Source: a virus
Taxonomy: Duplodnaviria > Caudoviricetes
DNA: 48,392 nucleotides
Direction: 5' to 3' (one strand)
Virus record (IMG/VR): IMGVR_UViG_3300005253_000348
Location: 1-48,392 of that record
Shown piece after piece: positions 27,173 through 35,253 of this stretch. Made by a program: the position numbers and the translations under genes. Within the stretch, counting starts at the first letter, position 1. The number at the start of each line of letters is the position of its first letter. The notes beneath the pieces are model-generated. The model searched no databases. It worked only from the letters and a program-made list of their open reading frames with translations, and was not told where the DNA came from.

Positions 27173-27516
27173 CTTTCAGTCCTTTCGCGTTTTTTTATAT
27201 GGTCAAAAATATGACCTCGGTACTTAAATAAACGTACTTCTTCGTCAGTAAAAAACCGTTCAGTTGCCCCAAATTCCCACCTCATAAACTCACCGCACTT
27301 CCAATAGGTATTGCCGTCTTCGTGCTTGTCCCGTGAGAGCAACACGCAAGGAAAATCAATGCCCTCTGGGCAGTTGAATAGATGGTCAACATTTTCCCAT
27401 ATCTGTCCGGGGTGCAATTCCTGTGGCTCATCTGGACAGGCCCACGATTTGCCTTTTGGCAAAAACAGAGTACAAAGGCCAACAAGCCAAGCTTTGATTA
27501 GATTTCTACGATTCAT
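27169..27516 (-). CDS. small protein with twin-arginine-like signal
   Basis: MNRRNLIKAWLVGLCTLFL. Confidence 0.5.
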   Translation of the reverse strand: MNRRNLIKAWLVGLCTLFLPKGKSWACPDEPQELHPGQIWENVDHLFNCPEGIDFPCVLLSRDKHEDGNTYWKCGEFMRWEFGATERFFTDEEVRLFKYRGHIFDHIKKRERTER

Positions 27517-27519
27517 CTT

Positions 27520-28167
27520 TCAGTCCTTTCTAAACCAAAAACATCCACAACCGTATTCTTGTTCGTCCGCCAACGCCGGCGGCGCGTTTCTGATAAGATT
27601 TCCCTTGTCCGGTATCAAAGAGAACTCAATCAACTTCAACTCTTTGAAGTATTCAATTATCTGTTCGTAGCTATAAATCCTATGAAGGTTAAATAAGACT
27701 TTCGGCTTCCCTATCGGGACCACAAACAGAAGGTCACGCGATACAACTCTCGTCAATTCGGATATAGCTTTCAGGTCGCCGTTGGGGTCGATGGGATCGC
27801 CGTACCTACCCAGCCCGATATGTTCGACAACGTGCATACAGGACAGAGACTCTATCGAGTTATCGGCACAGGGTAACTCGTTCAGGTCGGCAAAGTCTGT
27901 TAGTAAGTTATCCAATGATAGCTCCGGTGGCCTGAAATCGTAAAATATCGTTGGTATAAACGCAGAGATGATCGCATTGAAAGATACTGACGAGGAAATA
28001 TCGGTATGAATCTCAGGCTTGGTCTCGGCAAGAATACGAGCCGCCCAAGCTGTGTGATAGATATAATGCTTGTCGATGTCCGTAGATTCATTCTTGATAA
28101 TCATCGCGTCGTAAATCTCAAAGCGGTCATCAGTTGACATCTGGAAAAATTGTTCTATTTCCGACAC
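27520..28167 (-). CDS. DUF268-like class I SAM-dependent methyltransferase
   Basis: WAARIL...HTDISS...SLSCMHVVEHIGLGRYGDPIDP...HRIY. Confidence 0.8.
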   Translation of the reverse strand: MSEIEQFFQMSTDDRFEIYDAMIIKNESTDIDKHYIYHTAWAARILAETKPEIHTDISSSVSFNAIISAFIPTIFYDFRPPELSLDNLLTDFADLNELPCADNSIESLSCMHVVEHIGLGRYGDPIDPNGDLKAISELTRVVSRDLLFVVPIGKPKVLFNLHRIYSYEQIIEYFKELKLIEFSLIPDKGNLIRNAPPALADEQEYGCGCFWFRKD

Positions 28168-29426
28168 AGTAAAGCATTCCTCTGTAATTCACCGATTCTG
28201 GCAGCGCTGAGATCTTGGGTTTCAATGACTATATCTGCCGCCCCCCGCCTCTTTTTGTATGCACCGTAGCCGCCCGAATCTATCCGTGGCCATGTCAAGC
28301 CCTCCCTCAGCCTGATATCGTAGCCCCCACCGTTACGGGCGGCGTCACCTATTTGTGTTCCTTTGTATGGGAAGAAAACCGTGCAATCGAAATCAAACGT
28401 ATCGGGACACTCGCTGCGATACCTCTTAATGAAATCGTGGGTCTTCTCGAATGTTTCTTCCGTCTCACCGGGCAGGCCGATTATGAAAAACCCTTTGACC
28501 CTCATGCCTGCGCAGGTGACGTTCTTTACGAAATCGTGCATCTGGGCCACGGTCGTTTTCTTATCGACGGTATCTAATATCTCCTGAGAAGCGCTCTCTG
28601 CACCGAATCCTACTTCTACACAGCCGGAATCCGCCAGTAGCTCCGCCATTTCTTTTGTCATTGTCGCTGCGTGGCCGAAGCATCGGAAGGTCATGGAATG
28701 CCGTTTCAGTATCTCTAAGTAGGGTTTTACTTTCGCAATATTCAGCGCAAACAGGTCGTCGAATATCATTACCGCCCTGATACCCATGTCGGCAATGCCC
28801 TTGATTTCTTCTTCGAAGTGCTCGACAGAATACCATCTTGCTTTGGTTCCGGCACTCTCACAGAACCTACACCGCATCGGGCAGCCCCTTGAATTAACGA
28901 GGGTAGTTGCTTTGGTCCCGCCCAGATTATAGTCGTATCTGTCAAGATGCATCTTGTTCCTGTATGGTACAGGGTAACTGTTCATCTCGGCTTCGGTGAG
29001 TTCGTCGTGATATATCCGTTGCTGCGGCATGTCTCCTGTTAGAAGTCTCTCGAACACCCTCTCACCGTCACCGCAAACGATAATATCAAACGGCTGCTTT
29101 TTGCATTCATCAAGGTAGTGTGTGGCGTGTGGCCCGCCAATCATAACTGTTATGTGCGGATATTCCTTCTTTAAGAACCTGCATATAACGTAAGCCTGCG
29201 CGCTCTGCGGAGTCTGGCAGGAAATACCGATTATATCATAGTTCCACACGTCTACCATGCGCAGGTTATCTGTAAACCCGACATCAGCGCCAATCCTGTT
29301 AGCCACTGCTACAAGGTATTGAATCCCCAAATAGGGAAACACATACTGGTCGTCCAAAAAGGGACTATCCAGCGTGGCAAGCAATATCCGCTTGCCTTTT
29401 AATGAATTGTGTGTATTTATCTTCAT
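28155..29426 (-). CDS. cobalamin-binding radical SAM enzyme
   Basis: N-terminal B12 domain (LGIQY...GGPHAT...GDGE); SRGCPMRCRFC; DDLF; GAESASQ; FIIGLPGET. Confidence 0.9.
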   Translation of the reverse strand: MKINTHNSLKGKRILLATLDSPFLDDQYVFPYLGIQYLVAVANRIGADVGFTDNLRMVDVWNYDIIGISCQTPQSAQAYVICRFLKKEYPHITVMIGGPHATHYLDECKKQPFDIIVCGDGERVFERLLTGDMPQQRIYHDELTEAEMNSYPVPYRNKMHLDRYDYNLGGTKATTLVNSRGCPMRCRFCESAGTKARWYSVEHFEEEIKGIADMGIRAVMIFDDLFALNIAKVKPYLEILKRHSMTFRCFGHAATMTKEMAELLADSGCVEVGFGAESASQEILDTVDKKTTVAQMHDFVKNVTCAGMRVKGFFIIGLPGETEETFEKTHDFIKRYRSECPDTFDFDCTVFFPYKGTQIGDAARNGGGYDIRLREGLTWPRIDSGGYGAYKKRRGAADIVIETQDLSAARIGELQRNALLCRK

Positions 29427-30147
29427 TTTCCATTACGCATTGAGGGGCATCTAACGGTTCTATCGAAAACGTCATGTCCGACCGCTCGAATATATCTTCA
29501 TTGTTTTCGACGCATCTCTTTAACCTGTCCGTGTCCTTGTGATAGTCGGTATCGAACTCGGCGTGCGCGAACGCCTCTAACTTCTTTGGTATGTCCTCTG
29601 GTGGTACTAAGTAAGAGAAGTGCCAGCCGGCGTTTGTAATAATCGCGTCTGGCTTGGCTAATCGCAAAGCATCAGCAGTATAATAGTCTCTGTATCTGCA
29701 AAAAGCAGGATACCACCAATCCTGATTGGCCCGGCAGTTGAAAAAGTAGTAAAATAGCTTCATTCGCAAGTGGATAGGGACTTGATAATCTTCCATCAAA
29801 GCTATAGTCCTGTGGTCCACTATCTCGTCGAGGTCGGAGACTATGATAATGTCGTCCGGTTGTGCGTTATCAAGTCCGATAGCGATGTAATTTCTTTGGT
29901 TGCGGTCGTTGTCGAACCTGTTCGGGGCAAAAACGGCCGGGTTGTAAACTACATGGGTTATTTTATCCTTGAACGGCGCGAACACCTCGTCGTCCTTGAC
30001 CTCGTCATAGTAAAGCCTCTTGGGCTTGCCCGAATGGGTGTGTGTGGACTCTACTAATACGAACTTATCAACTACCGGCGACAACTCTTTGAGCCGAATC
30101 TCTAACAGCATCAACTCATCGAAAAATGTAAAGCAATCGTATATCAC
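29365..30147 (-). CDS. GT17-family glycosyltransferase (MGAT3-like)
   Basis: IYDCFTFFDEL...VDKFVLVES..THSGKPK...QRN...SDLDEI...GWHFSY...KLEAFAH; GTG start overlapping upstream TGA. Confidence 0.85.
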   Translation of the reverse strand: MIYDCFTFFDELMLLEIRLKELSPVVDKFVLVESTHTHSGKPKRLYYDEVKDDEVFAPFKDKITHVVYNPAVFAPNRFDNDRNQRNYIAIGLDNAQPDDIIIVSDLDEIVDHRTIALMEDYQVPIHLRMKLFYYFFNCRANQDWWYPAFCRYRDYYTADALRLAKPDAIITNAGWHFSYLVPPEDIPKKLEAFAHAEFDTDYHKDTDRLKRCVENNEDIFERSDMTFSIEPLDAPQCVMENEDKYTQFIKRQADIACHAG

Positions 30148-31478
30148 TTTATCGCCTCCACTCTCAGGCACGGACAAAAGTCTCTGTGGTAGTCCTGTGC
30201 TTCGGTAAACTTGATGTACTTGAACCCTGCTTTTACAAGCATGTAATCCAGTCGTGCTTCGTTAGCACCCCATCGGTGAATGTCTGTGTCGTCCCCGCCG
30301 CGAAAGCTGCCGTATATGCCTATGAGGAGTTTTTCTTTCCCCGCTTCGTCGGCCTCCAGGTACACTTCAAGGACCTTGTCAAGGTCGGGCATTTCTATTA
30401 CCAGATTTCCGCCCGGCTTCAGTACTCGATACCACTCCTTCAGTACTGTTATCAATAGCCCGTACTTTTCTCCATATTTGTCGTCCACGTTAGCATGGAG
30501 GCAGACAGGCATGTGCTCAAAGACATGGTAGGATTCGATAGTATCGACAGAGTTTTCCGCGTAAGGTAATGCCCGGATATCGCACACTACGTCAGTGCCC
30601 TTTGATTTCCTACAGTCAATGTTTACATAACCCTCAAGCCGTTGCCTGCCGCAACCGAGATGCAGTTTGACCGCTTTGTGATGCGGAAAAGGTGAAATCG
30701 GGTCGCTGTCCCAAGGGTCGAAAGATACCAGTTTTTCGCCCTGATAGTCGGGCCTCCAAAACTCGCCGCCTTTTTCGTTCAGCATTGCCGCTGTGAATGA
30801 AAACGTACTATTGGAGGCCAGTAATACATCGGCGTGCTGCATCACATAGTGGTCGAGGAACATACCCATCGCCTCATTGGTCGGCTTGCACATAACAGGG
30901 GCGTATTTCTTAAAGTCAGGTATAACCATTTCCAGATCGTCGCTGGCAATAAAGATAGTTGGGTTGTCAAACCTTTCAAGGTTCTTATCCAGCCAGTCAA
31001 CGTACCATTGAGACGGGGCTACTCTGTTCGGGGGATTGCAGTAGTCGCCTCTTCGAATATGTATACAGATGAGCGATGACGACACGCCCCTTGGATGCTG
31101 TCTGAGAAAGCTGTCCGTCTTTTCCCGCAATTCATTCTTGGGTACGAATAACTTCCTGAAGAAATCCTTGTACGGAGCGTAATGTGATGTGTGGTATTGG
31201 AAATAACCATATACATCGCAATCCGGCCCCAGTACTCCGTTGCTCCAGATAGGAAGCTGGCTTGAGCCTAAATCTATGTGCGGTCGTGGGCTCGATGATA
31301 GAACAGGGTCATTGCACCCCTCAAACAGTTCACGGCCTATCCAACCTTTAGGTATCTGTACTTCGCACCCTCTCTCCTTGGCGTATATTTTCAACGCCGC
31401 ATATTGGAATAGTTCATTACCATACGACCTGTTGCCAACAGTCTCGTAACAATCTAATTTTTCCATCGCTATAAACAT
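30144..31478 (-). CDS. GT11 (alpha-1,2-fucosyltransferase-like) fused to class I SAM methyltransferase
   Basis: GNELFQYA, GYFQ, IHIRRGDY, IASDD, SNSTFS; then KLHLGCG...YVNID...HVFEH...RVLKPGG. Confidence 0.85.
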   Translation of the reverse strand: MFIAMEKLDCYETVGNRSYGNELFQYAALKIYAKERGCEVQIPKGWIGRELFEGCNDPVLSSSPRPHIDLGSSQLPIWSNGVLGPDCDVYGYFQYHTSHYAPYKDFFRKLFVPKNELREKTDSFLRQHPRGVSSSLICIHIRRGDYCNPPNRVAPSQWYVDWLDKNLERFDNPTIFIASDDLEMVIPDFKKYAPVMCKPTNEAMGMFLDHYVMQHADVLLASNSTFSFTAAMLNEKGGEFWRPDYQGEKLVSFDPWDSDPISPFPHHKAVKLHLGCGRQRLEGYVNIDCRKSKGTDVVCDIRALPYAENSVDTIESYHVFEHMPVCLHANVDDKYGEKYGLLITVLKEWYRVLKPGGNLVIEMPDLDKVLEVYLEADEAGKEKLLIGIYGSFRGGDDTDIHRWGANEARLDYMLVKAGFKYIKFTEAQDYHRDFCPCLRVEAIK

Positions 31479-31487
31479 AATTTCCCT

Positions 31488-31545
31488 TTCAGTTCTTTCG
31501 TTTGAGGGTTTGGGGACGGAAAGAACTGAAGTTCCAGCCGCCCCC
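31488..31545 (-). promoter_or_regulatory. pseudoknot or alternative-stem element at the GT11 RBS
   Basis: GGGGGCGG/CCGTCCCC stem crossed by a perfect 12-bp TTCAGTTCTTTC/GAAAGAACTGAA stem. Confidence 0.5.
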
Positions 31546-31560
31546 TCGCCCTTTTTTCTG

Positions 31561-32019
31561 CTACGTTCCTTTTCTTGTCAGCGGAAGAGGTGGACCAATC
31601 CACGCATTGAACTCAGCCGCCCATGCTGTTTCAGCATTAGACCGCCAATACATCAAGCGAAGATAACGATTAGGTAAGCCTGTCATGTCATGGGGAATAC
31701 TTACACAAAGTATCTTACCGTCGCTGTCGTTGGCCGCTTGTATCTCCGGGATACGCATTCTCTTCTCGATTAAGAGTGAACCCGTATCGACGAAGGTAGA
31801 ACCTGTGCCGCCCTGCAACTTAAACGCACACCATTCAGTAGCGCCAATGAACGTATATTCGTTGGCGGTGTAGATGTTCAGGTAGAGTGGAGTGCCCGCA
31901 CCGATGTCGAGGCCTGTAGCCCCTAAATCAATGATGTTGGTAGAAAACGTCTGTGTTGCCGCCGCTGTTGCGCCGACAGTCTGAGCAGAGGACAAAATAA
32001 GTTTTGCGTCTCTAATCAT
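31561..32019 (-). CDS. capsid cement/decoration protein (Bbp16-like)
   Basis: MIRDAKLILSSAQ...STNIIDLG...IGAGTPLYL...RYLRL; immediately after capsid. Confidence 0.75.
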   Translation of the reverse strand: MIRDAKLILSSAQTVGATAAATQTFSTNIIDLGATGLDIGAGTPLYLNIYTANEYTFIGATEWCAFKLQGGTGSTFVDTGSLLIEKRMRIPEIQAANDSDGKILCVSIPHDMTGLPNRYLRLMYWRSNAETAWAAEFNAWIGPPLPLTRKGT

Positions 32020-33056
32020 GATATAGACCCTTCCCTGATACCAATAGCATCCACTCGCTTGACCGGAACACCCCTGAAGAGGGTAATCGGCTTGCCGCTG
32101 AAGTTGTCGATGGTGTAGTTCACGTTCGTTTTATCGACCGCGAATATATCCATCTGAGTCTTCACATTCAGACCGGCGTAAATCTTAGCACCTGCGCCCT
32201 GGTAAGGCATAGCATTAAGGGCTTCGATCATCCTGTGATGAATCTCTGATGTGGAGCTGGCAAACGTCATGGTGTTGCCTGAAGTGTAGGTAGAACGGAT
32301 ATTGGCTATACGCCTGATACATCGTTCGTCCCTAACTACAAGACCTACATGGATTTTGAAGTGGCTCACGAGTGCCTGCATCAGTGATGGTGTCCCGGCA
32401 GTAGTCGTTACATCGATGGTCTGTTCGCCGAGGTTTTCATGGACTACACCTACAGTAGGTGAACCCTTGGGATAAACCATGTGGACCTTGTCCGGGCCCC
32501 ATTGAACAACGTAGATGCTGGTGTCGTCCGTCGTGGTGTTGGCTCCACCGTCAAAGACTTCATTTAAAGCCTGTGCGTTCAGTCGTTTGGGGAGACCGTT
32601 AAACCTCGCGGGGTCTAATGTTGTATTACCGTAAACGGTGAGCGTGTCCCCGGAATGTGCCGCGTTGAACATGACCTTCGACAATTCCTGCGCAAGACCT
32701 TGGATAAACGCCCTATCTTCACCTGAACGGAACTCGTTCACGTTGCTGGACAATTCCGCCAAGAGCTTGTCAACTCGACTGTACGCCTCTAAGATTCCAA
32801 TACCTTCGGTGATCTGCTTGGTGCTGGAAGCCTCTGGAGCTACGCCTTGATTGACACCGCGCCAAGTACCTTGAGGTACACTGGTGCGCTGGGTCGTAAC
32901 GTGACTCATCGACTGGTTTGCAGGTAGCCAAATTGCGTCCTGAAGCCATTCTTCGGTTGTCGCAAGAACCTCGACAATCACCTGAAGGGCGTCCATGTTG
33001 GTCCGCTTGGCTAATTCGAGGAGCGTAAGCTGATCTCTCATATTGAACTCAGCCAT
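32016..33056 (-). CDS. major capsid protein (BPP-1 Bbp17/N4-like HK97 fold)
   Basis: LTLLELAKR...WRGVNQGV...SRVD...FNGL...TSIYVVQWG...YPKGS...GLVVRD...RIANI...FRGVPVKRVDAI. Confidence 0.9.
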   Translation of the reverse strand: MAEFNMRDQLTLLELAKRTNMDALQVIVEVLATTEEWLQDAIWLPANQSMSHVTTQRTSVPQGTWRGVNQGVAPEASSTKQITEGIGILEAYSRVDKLLAELSSNVNEFRSGEDRAFIQGLAQELSKVMFNAAHSGDTLTVYGNTTLDPARFNGLPKRLNAQALNEVFDGGANTTTDDTSIYVVQWGPDKVHMVYPKGSPTVGVVHENLGEQTIDVTTTAGTPSLMQALVSHFKIHVGLVVRDERCIRRIANIRSTYTSGNTMTFASSTSEIHHRMIEALNAMPYQGAGAKIYAGLNVKTQMDIFAVDKTNVNYTIDNFSGKPITLFRGVPVKRVDAIGIREGSIS

Positions 33057-33253
33057 AGCTTGTTCTCCAAAAAAGCGAGTAATTTTCGGAGAACACCCCG
33101 CTACCGTAGCGGACTCTCCTGCAAGTTACGTCTGTTAGACGACCTGACTTACAGGTTTACATTGGACCCTATCTTTTCCACTCAAGCTGACATGCTCTTA
33201 GCCTTGAGCTTCCCAGATAAAGCAACCCAAAATTAACCCTTTCGGGATTATCT
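33057..33253 (-). ncRNA. structured 5' leader of the major capsid gene
   Basis: At least five stems including a GAAA tetraloop; a 13-bp stem (33095-33083/33073-33061) covers the GGAG SD. Confidence 0.6.
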
Positions 33254-33460
33254 TTATACTGAGCGTGGTGGAGGCGGATAAGATAGCTCACCTTTAGCAA
33301 CTTTCGCTATGGAATCGGCTTGTTCTTTTTGACGCCTTGCCATTTCCACAGCAGCTTTCTTCGCGGCTGTCAATCGGTTACTATCGCCCCGGATCACATC
33401 AGCCTCAGCCAATGAACGGGCATCTGATTCCGCTTCCCAATTACTATCTAAACCATCCAT
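33254..33460 (-). CDS. small head-region protein
   Basis: WEAESDARSLAEADVI; between scaffold and capsid. Confidence 0.6.
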   Translation of the reverse strand: MDGLDSNWEAESDARSLAEADVIRGDSNRLTAAKKAAVEMARRQKEQADSIAKVAKGELSYPPPPRSV

Positions 33461-33463
33461 AAT

Positions 33464-34246
33464 TTACTTTCCACTATCTCCTACTACCTTGTCATAATTT
33501 AACTGGCCGGGCGTGCCACTCCCACTTGCTGGCGAACCGCCCTCCGGCACCGTATCGCCCTTGACCAGCTTCCAGCATTCATGGAAGTAGTCCACGACCG
33601 CAGGATGACTGTCTATGCCCTTTTCTTTCAATAACTCCGTAAATGCCTTGTTGGTTTCATCGTTGCCGGGCAATTCGTGGAACCTGTTGGCCATCCCTAA
33701 GACCGCATCGTACTTCGCGCCGTGCTTGGCCTTCAATGTGTTTGATGCGGTTTCAATAGCCTTGTCGCTTTCTTCCTGCGCAAATTTGACGTTGGCCGCC
33801 GTTACCGTGTTGTGCATCTCGACCTGACCGTCAACTACCATTTTCAACAAGCCCTCAAATATGCCCTTCGGAACGTGGTTGTCGTGGGCGTACTGGGTGC
33901 ATTTCTTCACCAACGCATCATCATACGCCATTCCTTCCGGCATGTCCGGCGCGACTACCTCGTAACCTTCGACCGTATCAGGACAGCCTACCTTTGTCCT
34001 GTGTGCCTTAATCTGGTCTGCTGTGGGCTTCTCGGGTAAGGGCTGTATTGAGGAACTTACGAGTTTCTGGGTATCGATATAGCTCTTGCATACCGAACCG
34101 AAATTCTTGTGGTCTTTCAAATCGCCTTGTTTCAACGCTCCGGTGTCGTCCTTCTCGAACGTACCTTCGGGCATGTTGTCGAGCCAACCGTCCTGAAACG
34201 TACCATTCTCACCTAAAATGCTTTCTGCTGCTACTGCATCACTCAT
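33464..34246 (-). CDS. capsid scaffolding/assembly protein
   Basis: WLDNMPE...KSYIDTQKL...GCPDTVEGY...GIDSHPAVV; upstream of capsid. Confidence 0.75.
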   Translation of the reverse strand: MSDAVAAESILGENGTFQDGWLDNMPEGTFEKDDTGALKQGDLKDHKNFGSVCKSYIDTQKLVSSSIQPLPEKPTADQIKAHRTKVGCPDTVEGYEVVAPDMPEGMAYDDALVKKCTQYAHDNHVPKGIFEGLLKMVVDGQVEMHNTVTAANVKFAQEESDKAIETASNTLKAKHGAKYDAVLGMANRFHELPGNDETNKAFTELLKEKGIDSHPAVVDYFHECWKLVKGDTVPEGGSPASGSGTPGQLNYDKVVGDSGK

Positions 34247-34433
34247 TTTTCAATCCTTTCAATAACTCTACGTCTTCCTTAATTATCTTTTTATGCCGGG
34301 CAATATCTACCGCTAACTGAGCCCGACAGTCAACTCTATGGCATTTGGACAAGTCCTGTTCCATTTGAGCGAGTTCCTCTTTGTTTCTGGCAATCCTAAC
34401 TCTTGTAATGATTTTTTCGTCTATCTCAGCTAT
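34239..34433 (-). CDS. 64-aa coiled-coil protein (possible ATA start)
   Basis: Manual ORF (I)AEIDEKIITRVRIARNKEEL...KGLKNE; fills the gap exactly. Confidence 0.4.
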   Translation of the reverse strand: MAEIDEKIITRVRIARNKEELAQMEQDLSKCHRVDCRAQLAVDIARHKKIIKEDVELLKGLKNE

Positions 34434-35149
34434 TTTGTTATTCTTTCAAATATCTTTTGTTTTGATAAATCCGTAAAACTATCAGAACCTACAACATCGT
34501 CCCAACATTGGTCTTTATTGGCAATTAGCTGGTCAAACAACAAGATTCCTCGGGCTGCATCTTCCGGTGTCATATACATATTCCACCCTACCATCGAGAA
34601 CTGGTCTTGGTCATACGGAACGTCCATGCTACGGCCTTCGAAAGATGCCAGCTTGAGCCATTCGTATGCTTCTTTGCTATCGGTCAGTATCATACCGCCC
34701 TTGCCGATAGGTAGACGTTTCTTTAGCTGGAAAGACAGACAGTGTAACCAACCATCATACCCATTATACATCCTTCTCCTAAAACGGCCTGCACTATCTA
34801 CTACCTTAAATGGTTCTAACGCATAAATGCCATACCATTCCGTACTACGCTTTAACCGCGGGCGACAACCAGCGTGTATTATCGCCATTGGGACAGAACA
34901 ATAGGTCTTTGCTGGAATAGCAACAGTGCCGTGTGCGTTACAATATTTTAACGACAAGAACAAGGCGTTCGTGCAACTGTCAACAGCTACGGCATATTTG
35001 CTGCCGGCAAAGTCAGCAATCTTGCGCTCGAAGACTTCTACTACTTTGCGCGGGTCGTCAAATCTGGCCTTGAGCATACCCAATTCCGGCCTCTCCTGCT
35101 CTGGGAGTAATTTACCACACGGCCACGGATTATATGGCTTGTCTGTCAT
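34430..35149 (-). CDS. compact DegT/DnrJ/EryC1/StrS-family PLP sugar aminotransferase
   Basis: FERKIADFAGSKYAVAVDSCTNALFLSL...DSA...SFQLKKRLPIGKGGMILTD...GWNMYM. Confidence 0.85.
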   Translation of the reverse strand: MTDKPYNPWPCGKLLPEQERPELGMLKARFDDPRKVVEVFERKIADFAGSKYAVAVDSCTNALFLSLKYCNAHGTVAIPAKTYCSVPMAIIHAGCRPRLKRSTEWYGIYALEPFKVVDSAGRFRRRMYNGYDGWLHCLSFQLKKRLPIGKGGMILTDSKEAYEWLKLASFEGRSMDVPYDQDQFSMVGWNMYMTPEDAARGILLFDQLIANKDQCWDDVVGSDSFTDLSKQKIFERITK

Positions 35150-35253
35150 CTAAAAGCCCACTCCATCGCCAAGGTCGTTTGGTTGATTATGCCCCATACA
35201 CAAAGAGACATTAGGATTGCGCCGGTTACATACACTAAAAACAATTTATTCAT
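35146..35253 (-). CDS. 35-aa hydrophobic peptide
   Basis: MNKLFLVYVTGAILMSLCVWGIINQ...; ATGA overlaps on both sides. Confidence 0.5.
   Translation of the reverse strand: MNKLFLVYVTGAILMSLCVWGIINQTTLAMEWAFR

Noticed and set aside
31479-31563. A-AAA-AAG slippery heptamer plus pseudoknot as a signal fusing the cement protein to GT11
   Set aside because: The heptamer lies after the TAG stop, and the 82-nt gap puts GT11 in the +1 frame. Neither readthrough nor a -1 shift gives a fusion.
33200-33253. c-di-AMP (ydaO) riboswitch, suggested by AATCCCGAAAGGG...TTTTGGG
   Set aside because: Only a superficial match; I could not place the remaining conserved elements, so it is reported as an unassigned structured leader.
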